Positions 9,670 to 15,724 of a stretch of 20,000 bases of DNA are shown here, in pieces (the stretch's first letter is position 1; each line of letters opens with the position of its first letter). Both the position numbers and the translations under genes were made by a program. The DNA comes from an uncultured virus (IMG/VR IMGVR_UViG_3300027687_000007) (Duplodnaviria > Heunggongvirae > Uroviricota > Caudoviricetes > Crassvirales): IMG/VR virus record IMGVR_UViG_3300027687_000007; one strand, given 5' to 3'. Under the pieces are notes generated by a model, which saw only the letters and a program-made list of their open reading frames with translations, was not told the DNA's origin and did not search any database.

Positions 9670-9897
9670 ATGTCAAAATTAAATTCAAAAAGATTCGTCA
9701 TCAGACAATCACTAATCGGAAAAAATCAAATCATTGAAGTAACATTCAAAAATGGAAAATCAGTAACTTATAATCACGATAAAGTGTATGAAGTTATGAA
9801 GTCTAAACTTCAAACTATGAATTGTTTCTTAAAGTATAAATCTTATACATCTTCTACTTCAGTTCCAGTACTCGTCAGAGATTTAATGGAAGTGTAA
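9670..9897 (+). CDS. Hypothetical early protein, 75 aa
   Basis: ORF track; AAATAAACT leader before ATG. Confidence 0.75.
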   Translation: MSKLNSKRFVIRQSLIGKNQIIEVTFKNGKSVTYNHDKVYEVMKSKLQTMNCFLKYKSYTSSTSVPVLVRDLMEV

Positions 9898-9911
9898 TGA
9901 CAATCTGTCAT
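9897..9911. promoter_or_regulatory. Operator-like palindrome ATGACA-N3-TGTCAT
   Basis: Matches 9327-9343; overlaps a further TGTCATGACA palindrome. Confidence 0.5.
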
Positions 9912-9961
9912 GACAAGGTGACTCACCGAACCAGAATGATACACAAACTGGTGAGATCTTA

Positions 9962-10002
9962 AGACATAATGGTTAGTAGTGGTTCGATTCCACTCATGTC
10001 TA
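9962..10002 (+). ncRNA. tRNA-like minihelix (acceptor-like stem plus T arm, no anticodon arm)
   Basis: AGACAT/ATGTCT stem; AGTGG-TTCGATT-CCACT T arm; short linker containing TGG. Confidence 0.45.
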
Positions 10003-10042
10003 CAAACAAAATATTATTACTAACAGATAATATATACGAAAT
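9999..10042 (+). promoter_or_regulatory. Class I putative early promoter, copy 3
   Basis: CTACAAACAAAATA-N9-ACAGATAATATATACGAA. Confidence 0.75.
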
Positions 10043-10061
10043 CAATAAATAAATAATAAAT

Positions 10062-10184
10062 ATGAAAAAATTAATCAATCAAATCCAATCTCAATTTCCA
10101 TTCAATCCATTGACCGACTGTCGAGAAAAATATAATGAAATGATTCAAGATTATTTATATGAAGAAATAATAATAAATCTATAA
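10062..10184 (+). CDS. Hypothetical microprotein, 40 aa (MKKLINQIQSQF...)
   Basis: Manual translation; directly after the promoter; tightly packed with the next ORF. Confidence 0.6.
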   Translation: MKKLINQIQSQFPFNPLTDCREKYNEMIQDYLYEEIIINL

Positions 10185-10185
10185 T

Positions 10186-10326
10186 ATGAATTATATTAAA
10201 AACCAAATACTAAGAGACGAGATGTATAGTGATCTGATTCAAGATTACGATACTTCTAACATGAGTGAACAAGAACTATCTAACACTCACGATAAAATAA
10301 TAACTATAATAAATAATAAACTATGA
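10186..10326 (+). CDS. Hypothetical microprotein, 46 aa (MNYIKNQILRDE...)
   Basis: Manual translation; ATGA overlap with next gene; shares NQI and IQDY with the previous ORF. Confidence 0.6.
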   Translation: MNYIKNQILRDEMYSDLIQDYDTSNMSEQELSNTHDKIITIINNKL

Positions 10327-10457
10327 AATATACACTAACTTGTAATAACGGTAAAGAAATCGACATGACTTCTTACATAATCCAACAATCAGAAAACAAA
10401 ATAACTAGACAAGATGTTCTTAACAGAATAGAGTTCTATAAATCAACTAATCAATAA
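10323..10457 (+). CDS. Hypothetical microprotein, 44 aa (MKYTLTCNNGKEIDM...)
   Basis: Manual translation; translationally coupled. Confidence 0.65.
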   Translation: MKYTLTCNNGKEIDMTSYIIQQSENKITRQDVLNRIEFYKSTNQ

Positions 10458-10461
10458 TACT

Positions 10462-10581
10462 ATGGGACATATGAACACCTACTTACTTAAAATAAGTTAC
10501 AGAAAATACAATAAATGTTACAGTGAATTAACTAGTGACGAAAGATCAACCGTTTTAAATATATACTATGACTTCTACTAA
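10462..10581 (+). CDS. Hypothetical microprotein, 39 aa (MGHMNTYLLKISY...)
   Basis: Manual translation; fills the gap in the packed operon. Confidence 0.55.
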   Translation: MGHMNTYLLKISYRKYNKCYSELTSDERSTVLNIYYDFY

Positions 10582-10774
10582 ATTCAATGATTACCCTCAA
10601 GAACAGATCGACGCAAAACTTAAACAAGTCGAAGAGTTCGAATTAAAGTTCGGTGAAAAATCCGTAAGTAAATCATGGAGAAAATGGTGTACTGACGCGA
10701 GATATAGACAAAACGAGTGGCAATTCAGACAGAACATAGCGAATTCAATAACAAAATCTAATACAATAATATGA
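10568..10774 (+). CDS. Hypothetical protein, 68 aa
   Basis: ORF track; overlaps neighbours. Confidence 0.7.
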   Translation: MTSTKFNDYPQEQIDAKLKQVEEFELKFGEKSVSKSWRKWCTDARYRQNEWQFRQNIANSITKSNTII

Positions 10775-10968
10775 ATAAAAAGAAAGCGATCACACTAGTG
10801 TGTGTAACATTAATGACAACAGGTGGATATCTACTAGGTGTCGACAACGGTAAACAACAGAAAGTAGATCAAATACTAACTACTATGTCAGATCTTCAAA
10901 TGGAATGGTATATGTGGCAAGATGTTGAGAAGATAGTAGAATCTAAAAGTATTCATCACTTTGAATAG
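10771..10968 (+). CDS. Hypothetical protein with N-terminal signal/TM segment, 65 aa
   Basis: MNKKKAITLVCVTLMTTGGYLLG: basic then hydrophobic N-terminus. Confidence 0.7.
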   Translation: MNKKKAITLVCVTLMTTGGYLLGVDNGKQQKVDQILTTMSDLQMEWYMWQDVEKIVESKSIHHFE

Positions 10969-11260
10969 TTTAATGATCGCGATAGCGATATCCTTAACAG
11001 GACAAGTAGAAACTAAACTATGTAACTTAAAATGTACTAATCATACTAAAGAAGTCATAAGAGAAACCTCTCCAGATATCATGGAAGATCCTAGATATTA
11101 TGATGGTATTGAAAGCGGTTATATATTATTATGTAACGGTGAAGCTGAAGGATTTACTAACCACAATACAGGTGAAATCTTCTGTGACGGAACTAATCAC
11201 GAGTGTAGCGTAAACAATACGTGTAAAGACGGTGAAGGTGAGTGTTTTGTATGTTATTAA
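10961..11260 (+). CDS. Cys-rich, possibly exported protein (start uncertain: TTG 10961 or ATG 10973)
   Basis: Hydrophobic N-terminus; 8 Cys including a C-terminal CFVC. Confidence 0.65.
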   Translation: MNSLMIAIAISLTGQVETKLCNLKCTNHTKEVIRETSPDIMEDPRYYDGIESGYILLCNGEAEGFTNHNTGEIFCDGTNHECSVNNTCKDGEGECFVCY

Positions 11261-11303
11261 TTACAAACAAAATATCGTGTCATACAGATAATATAAATGT
11301 AAC
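11260..11303 (+). promoter_or_regulatory. Class I putative early promoter, copy 4
   Basis: TTACAAACAAAATA-N9-ACAGATAATATAAATGTAAC. Confidence 0.8.
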
Positions 11304-11319
11304 AAATAATAAATAAACT

Positions 11320-11520
11320 ATGCAAAAAATTAAATTCATTAATTCATCAACAATTAAATTATCCAATAAAACCTACAAAGGTTATCCTATTGGCGAATTA
11401 CCTAAAAGATTTGCTTTCATTTACAATGAAGACAACGATCAAGAAGGCATCACAGAATGGTTCAATTACAAAGGTCTTACCTATGTAGAACATAATCCTT
11501 CAATCTGGTCTTATGTCTAG
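11320..11520 (+). CDS. Hypothetical protein, 66 aa
   Basis: ORF track; follows the promoter. Confidence 0.75.
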   Translation: MQKIKFINSSTIKLSNKTYKGYPIGELPKRFAFIYNEDNDQEGITEWFNYKGLTYVEHNPSIWSYV

Positions 11521-11770
11521 TCCAAGTAATATGAAAGAGCTTCTAATCTATGTCGAAGCACAGAAAAAAATCAGAGCAGACGGGCATAGACGTCTAACTC
11601 TCCTCAACGGAACGTGTAGTGGACTAACTGACGCAGAGTACAACAGAGTTGTAACCAGACAGAAATCTAGTTTCTCAAAAGCTAGAAAGTTCACTCACAA
11701 CCGTATGTGGCAAGAAACACACAAGAAATTTGACATCAAAGAATTAAAATTAATAAAACAAACACTATGA
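11513..11770 (+). CDS. Hypothetical basic protein, 85 aa
   Basis: ORF track; overlapping packing. Confidence 0.7.
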   Translation: MSSPSNMKELLIYVEAQKKIRADGHRRLTLLNGTCSGLTDAEYNRVVTRQKSSFSKARKFTHNRMWQETHKKFDIKELKLIKQTL

Positions 11771-11961
11771 ATCAAGAAAAACTATATTGGAATCCAGAAA
11801 CTATTGAATACTTTGTATCAATGTTTGAACTTAATGACTTCGCGTCTATATCTAAATCTATACTAGCATTTGTAATAGATGATTGTGATCAAACTCACAA
11901 CTCAGTTCAATTTATATTCAATGATTTAATAACAGAAGTAGAATCTAAAATAAAATACTAA
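11767..11961 (+). CDS. Hypothetical acidic protein, 64 aa
   Basis: ORF track; ATGA coupling. Confidence 0.7.
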   Translation: MNQEKLYWNPETIEYFVSMFELNDFASISKSILAFVIDDCDQTHNSVQFIFNDLITEVESKIKY

Positions 11962-11962
11962 T

Positions 11963-12226
11963 ATGAAATTAATAAAAATTACAAAAGGTGGAGCTCTACA
12001 TTTTAAATTGAGCGACGGTAGAATAGGCGCTTGTTACGAAAGCGGATACGTAAGAGTTAGCTCAAAAGGTATTAACAGTAGATTATATCAAATTAATAAA
12101 ATGATCAAAGTACCAGCTCCTAGTGAGTGGAATAGAGATGACTATTGGCACAGAAGAGTATTAATAACTAATTGTGTTGACAGAGTACAATGTTTACTTA
12201 ACTTTGATAACAATAACTGTAAATAA
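11963..12226 (+). CDS. Hypothetical protein, 87 aa
   Basis: ORF track. Confidence 0.7.
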   Translation: MKLIKITKGGALHFKLSDGRIGACYESGYVRVSSKGINSRLYQINKMIKVPAPSEWNRDDYWHRRVLITNCVDRVQCLLNFDNNNCK

Positions 12227-12227
12227 T

Positions 12228-12365
12228 ATGCCTAACATTAAACTAACAAAAAGCGATTGTACTTTTGTACACTATGTACTAAGAATGTACGCACAACAGA
12301 CACCTGGAATGGACGCAGAAGATAAAGCAGAAATAAGAGATGTCGCAAATAAATTTAAACTATGA
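12228..12365 (+). CDS. Hypothetical microprotein, 45 aa (MPNIKLTKSDC...)
   Basis: Start corrected to ATG 12228, just after the upstream stop. Confidence 0.7.
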   Translation: MPNIKLTKSDCTFVHYVLRMYAQQTPGMDAEDKAEIRDVANKFKL

Positions 12366-12586
12366 GTAAAATGAGTGAACTAGATCAAATAGCGCAAGGC
12401 GTAGCAGATCACATGAAAGAATTAACGTATGATAGCGTTACATGGCAAATATCAGATCAACCTGTAGACGGTGATAACTTTAACGATCTACATAGTATGG
12501 TAATGAAGAAAGCCGTAGAATATCTATATATAGATGTAGTAATTGGTGGTAAGCAAAATGTTGCAGGTCCATTACAAACAAAATAA
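12362..12586 (+). CDS. Hypothetical protein, 74 aa
   Basis: ORF track; ATGA coupling. Confidence 0.7.
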   Translation: MSKMSELDQIAQGVADHMKELTYDSVTWQISDQPVDGDNFNDLHSMVMKKAVEYLYIDVVIGGKQNVAGPLQTK

Positions 12587-12614
12587 TATCATAATCAGAT
12601 AATATAAATGTAAC
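12571..12614 (+). promoter_or_regulatory. Class I putative early promoter, copy 5 (upstream of the Zn-finger gene and RNA array)
   Basis: TTACAAACAAAATA-N9-TCAGATAATATAAATGTAAC. Confidence 0.8.
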
Positions 12615-12631
12615 AAATAAAAATAAATAAT

Positions 12632-12820
12632 ATGTATTGTAGATGCGGAAGTAATGTTCATCAAGTAAGAATTAATCTAGGTTATAAGACGTGTATGCCT
12701 TGTAGTACAACACAGACATACTCTTATGTTCCTATAATAGAACACAAAACCGGCAACACAATACAAATTGTCAGCCAAGAAGTCAGTGCATCCGTGCACC
12801 GTGCTTGGCGACGTAAGTAG
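12632..12820 (+). CDS. Small C4 zinc-finger protein, DksA/TraR-finger-like
   Basis: CRCG-x6-R-x7-CMPC spacing resembles the DksA/TraR C4 finger. Confidence 0.55.
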   Translation: MYCRCGSNVHQVRINLGYKTCMPCSTTQTYSYVPIIEHKTGNTIQIVSQEVSASVHRAWRRK

Positions 12821-12915
12821 CTAGACGAGTAGCTTAATTAGGATTTAGGTGGGCGAATGCTGTAAAGATACCACGACAAATGGTACCTAAATTACATAAG
12901 TGAATTGCTAGTTAC
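12817..12915 (+). ncRNA. Unknown structured RNA 1 (long irregular hairpin with an AGUA/GAA loop-E-like motif)
   Basis: Pairings 12817-24/12908-15, 12832-36/12897-901, 12843-49/12886-92, 12869-73/12881-85. Confidence 0.55.
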
Positions 12916-12918
12916 AAA

Positions 12919-13021
12919 TGTGCAGCGAATAAATAACGTGTGTGATATGGAGGTACAAAGTATAGACAAATGTCGAACTCCCATCGGATGGATAACCGTA
13001 ACACTAGCAAATGACTGCACA
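12919..13021 (+). ncRNA. Unknown structured RNA 2 (closing stem, large bubble, branched head)
   Basis: TGTGCAG/CTGCACA, GTGT/ACAC, GGAG/CTCC, and GAC/GTC and CGG/CCG hairpins. Confidence 0.5.
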
Positions 13022-13024
13022 CAC

Positions 13025-13102
13025 GGGGGTGACTTGGTATTGACGTGATAGAAAGCCTATATGGAACTATTGCGGAAGACAGTTCGAATCTGTCCACCTC
13101 CA
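13025..13102 (+). ncRNA. Mini-tmRNA: tRNA-like domain only, no mRNA-like domain
   Basis: GGGGGTG/CACCTCC-A acceptor with G3-U70 and A73; stemless D loop ACTTGGTATTGA; P2a CGTGATAG/CTATTGCG; GAA linker; GACAG-TTCGAAT-CTGTC T arm. Confidence 0.8.
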
Positions 13103-13105
13103 CTT

Positions 13106-13178
13106 CGCGCTGTAGAGCAGTGGCCAGCTCGTCGGGCTCATAACCCGAAGGTCGTCGGTTCGAATCCGGCCAGCGCAA
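13106..13178 (+). tRNA. Initiator tRNA-fMet (CAT); CCA not encoded
   Basis: Full cloverleaf; C1:A72 mismatch; three G-C pairs in the anticodon stem; CAT at 13139-13141. Confidence 0.95.
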
Positions 13179-13193
13179 CTAAAAAATTAAATT

Positions 13194-13667
13194 ATGAGTA
13201 CAAGAAACGTAACTATGGTAGTCCATAGATCAGAATCAGAAAAATATGTCAAAGGTTTTGCAGTTGATCCAAGCGATGTGGCTGACAAAAGCTATGTAAA
13301 CATGTACTTACATCATGACGGTTACCCTGAATACCAAGGTGTTCAAATAGCTAACTGGATAAAGTATATGCAAAATGACAAAGGTTTTACAAACTTTGGT
13401 GATGGTTCAAGAATAGCTTCACACTTGGTTAAAGACATGCATTATAACTCACAATACTTATATCCTAGCGTAGATTTTATCGACCACAATTACACTTATA
13501 TTATATGGGTAGGTAAATCTGACGTATGGGTAAGTTGTTGGAACCAACACACTAACACTTGTGTATTTGTATCAACACCTGATAAGATAATTAAAAAATA
13601 TTCCCGACTAGATACCATGGAATATACAGACTGGAGTTACAAACAAAATAATATAACTAACAGATAA
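13194..13667 (+). CDS. Conserved phage hypothetical protein (YxHxDGYP motif)
   Basis: MSTR N-terminus and MYLHHDGYPE motif, which I recall from phage early proteins of unknown function. Confidence 0.75.
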   Translation: MSTRNVTMVVHRSESEKYVKGFAVDPSDVADKSYVNMYLHHDGYPEYQGVQIANWIKYMQNDKGFTNFGDGSRIASHLVKDMHYNSQYLYPSVDFIDHNYTYIIWVGKSDVWVSCWNQHTNTCVFVSTPDKIIKKYSRLDTMEYTDWSYKQNNITNR

Positions 13668-13679
13668 TATAATAAACAA
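13636..13679 (+). promoter_or_regulatory. Class I putative early promoter, copy 6
   Basis: TTACAAACAAAATA-N9-ACAGATAATATAATAAAC. Confidence 0.75.
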
Positions 13680-13686
13680 ACAAACA

Positions 13687-13908
13687 ATGCAAAAATTAAA
13701 TCTTTACGACAGGCTAAAGCCTGAGTACAAAACAAGTATTGACAAACAATACAACAAAGACAATAGAAAGTTTCAACACGAAGCTTTAATCAGAGCGCTT
13801 AGCAGCGAATATTACTTTACTGAAGTAAGATACGGCGACGCATTTGATATTATGAATTCATGCAATCTAGATTTTCTAGGTGACGCATTTAACAAACAAG
13901 AACTATGA
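13687..13908 (+). CDS. Hypothetical protein, 73 aa
   Basis: ORF track. Confidence 0.75.
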   Translation: MQKLNLYDRLKPEYKTSIDKQYNKDNRKFQHEALIRALSSEYYFTEVRYGDAFDIMNSCNLDFLGDAFNKQEL

Positions 13909-14402
13909 GTGATACAATTAAAAAATGGCATGAAATGCAAGAAGAAAAAGAAATAAAATACATTACAGACGAGCTTATAGAAAAAGGCATGATCGAATTA
14001 GGTTACGGTGAAATATCGTCTCATTGTGCAGAAACTGTAAAATCAAAAGTGTTAGATCATTATGGTGTGAAGTTTACAGATAATATGATGCAAGCAGACT
14101 TTAGTGTATACGAAGAGACTACAGCTGATGGTTATTCAGTGTGGATTGCTACGCATGACATTAACTCTATAAATATCGGTGATGACGTTCATTATTATGA
14201 TGGTGATCTTGGTGACAAACTAGCAGATTTTATAGAATATTCTAATGGTGACGTAGAATTTCCAGAATTAATACACGTTGATGATGAGTATGATGATTGG
14301 GTTGTTGAGTGTATAAATGATATGTACTTGCACTTAGCTGAATTAAATGAACAAGACGTGATAGATGACTTAATAGACAAAGGTTACATAGAAAAAACAT
14401 AA
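13905..14402 (+). CDS. Highly acidic hypothetical protein, 165 aa
   Basis: ORF track; D/E-rich. Confidence 0.8.
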   Translation: MSDTIKKWHEMQEEKEIKYITDELIEKGMIELGYGEISSHCAETVKSKVLDHYGVKFTDNMMQADFSVYEETTADGYSVWIATHDINSINIGDDVHYYDGDLGDKLADFIEYSNGDVEFPELIHVDDEYDDWVVECINDMYLHLAELNEQDVIDDLIDKGYIEKT

Positions 14403-14403
14403 T

Positions 14404-14649
14404 ATGACAGACAAAGAATTAAACAAGCTAGCAGATTTTATATCCGAAAGAATTATAAAAGAAATGAACAAAATGTTTCAATTTAGCGAGCATGATCCTG
14501 AAGAAGCTGAAGAACAAAAGCTTTTAGCAGAACTAGCTACAGCTATGACAGAACTAGATTATAATTTAGAAAAAGAAAATTATGCTCAGTGTGAAAGATT
14601 AAAAAACAAAATATACGTAATAGAAAATAAACTAAATAAATTTAAATAA
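14404..14649 (+). CDS. Small protein with a C-terminal UVR (UvrB/UvrC)-like coiled coil
   Basis: LDYNLEKENYAQCERLKNKI resembles L..A...E.YE.AA.LRD.I. Confidence 0.6.
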   Translation: MTDKELNKLADFISERIIKEMNKMFQFSEHDPEEAEEQKLLAELATAMTELDYNLEKENYAQCERLKNKIYVIENKLNKFK

Positions 14650-14650
14650 T

Positions 14651-15499
14651 ATGATAAAACCAATGCTCGCATACAAAGTAGACAAAAAACCTGTCGACTG
14701 GTCCGAGAATGTATACATGCAACCTAAGCTTGACGGCGTTCGTTGTGTAATTAAACTCGGCGACAATAATGAAGTACAAGCTTTTTCACGTACAGGTAAA
14801 CCGTGGCTTAACATAGCCCACATTACTAATTCATTACATTATTTCTTTACACAACACCCTGATATTATACTTGACGGTGAGCTGTATAATCATGATCTAA
14901 GAGACGATTTTAATAAGATCATATCATTAGTCAGAAAAACTAAACCAACGCCATCTGACAGAGATGAGGCATCTAAATTAGTACAATTTCATTGCTATGA
15001 CTACATAGAAACTGTAATGAATCAACCTTATGGTTATAGAGCAGGTCAATTAATAAATTCTGATATGTACAGTTATTGTGTTTGTTATGTAAATTCAAAA
15101 TTAGCTACGTCTAGAGAAACTGCTAACATTATACATCAACAAAACTTAAACAATGGCTATGAAGGTTCTATACTAAGACTAGACAAGCCTTATGAATGTA
15201 AGCGTTCTTACAACTTACAAAAATTCAAAGACTTTCATGACACAGAAGCTCTTATCGTAGGCTACGAAGCAGGTAAAGGCAAGCGCGAAGGCACTCTAGG
15301 TAAGTTCTTAATGCAAGATGACGATGGCAACAAGTTCGGTTGTCCTCCAGGCAAAGGCTTTACTTACAAAATGCTTGCAGCTATACAAGACAATATTCAT
15401 GACTACATTGGCAAGCGTGCTACATTTACGTATTTCGAACGTACACCAGCTGGTAGTTACAGACATCCATTTTACAAAGCTCTACGTAACTATGAGTAA
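14651..15499 (+). CDS. ATP-dependent DNA ligase (compact phage type)
   Basis: Motifs QPKLDGVR, ILDGELY, FHCYD, YEGSILR, LQKFK and a C-terminal OB fold. Confidence 0.92.
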   Translation: MIKPMLAYKVDKKPVDWSENVYMQPKLDGVRCVIKLGDNNEVQAFSRTGKPWLNIAHITNSLHYFFTQHPDIILDGELYNHDLRDDFNKIISLVRKTKPTPSDRDEASKLVQFHCYDYIETVMNQPYGYRAGQLINSDMYSYCVCYVNSKLATSRETANIIHQQNLNNGYEGSILRLDKPYECKRSYNLQKFKDFHDTEALIVGYEAGKGKREGTLGKFLMQDDDGNKFGCPPGKGFTYKMLAAIQDNIHDYIGKRATFTYFERTPAGSYRHPFYKALRNYE

Positions 15500-15602
15500 G
15501 TTAATATATCAATTATATAACGATAACATGATAAGCGAAGAAGTAGTACACTTATTATTAGATGCACATTACAATAGAGTTAATAAGACTAAATACAGAT
15601 GA
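15492..15602 (+). CDS. Hypothetical microprotein, 36 aa (MSKLIYQLYND...)
   Basis: Start corrected to ATG 15492, overlapping the ligase stop. Confidence 0.6.
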   Translation: MSKLIYQLYNDNMISEEVVHLLLDAHYNRVNKTKYR

Positions 15603-15724
15603 AAAGAAGAAAATTATACAAACATATGGAAGGCAACGATTCCTTCGGAATTAGAACTAAAATTAAAAATTTTACTAAACCAAGGGTGACAAAAGCCCCT
15701 AATAGTACTAAAGTAAGACCCTAA
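15599..15724 (+). CDS. Basic microprotein, 41 aa (MKRRKLYKHMEG...)
   Basis: Manual translation; ATGA and TAATG coupling at both ends. Confidence 0.5.
   Translation: MKRRKLYKHMEGNDSFGIRTKIKNFTKPRVTKAPNSTKVRP

Noticed and set aside
13007..13048. GCA AAT GAC (AND...) frame resembling an ssrA tag start upstream of the mini-tmRNA
   Set aside because: It runs across the 5' processing site into the acceptor stem, ends LVLT rather than an AA-type degron, and does not fit permuted tmRNA gene order; probably chance
13025..13102. Ordinary tRNA-Ala
   Set aside because: No D stem, no U8, and no 7-nt anticodon loop with NGC; the layout matches a tmRNA tRNA-like domain instead
12912..13178. 88-aa minus-strand ORF
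   Set aside because: Antisense of the tRNA-fMet and mini-tmRNA; WPDSNRRPSGYEPDEL is a classic tRNA shadow translation
9157..13679. Six repeats read as a CRISPR array
   Set aside because: Spacing is 255-1311 bp and irregular, genes lie between copies, the centre is variable and no cas genes are present
14076..14086. ACAGATAATAT as a seventh class I promoter
   Set aside because: Inside a CDS and lacks the upstream TTACAAACAAAATA box
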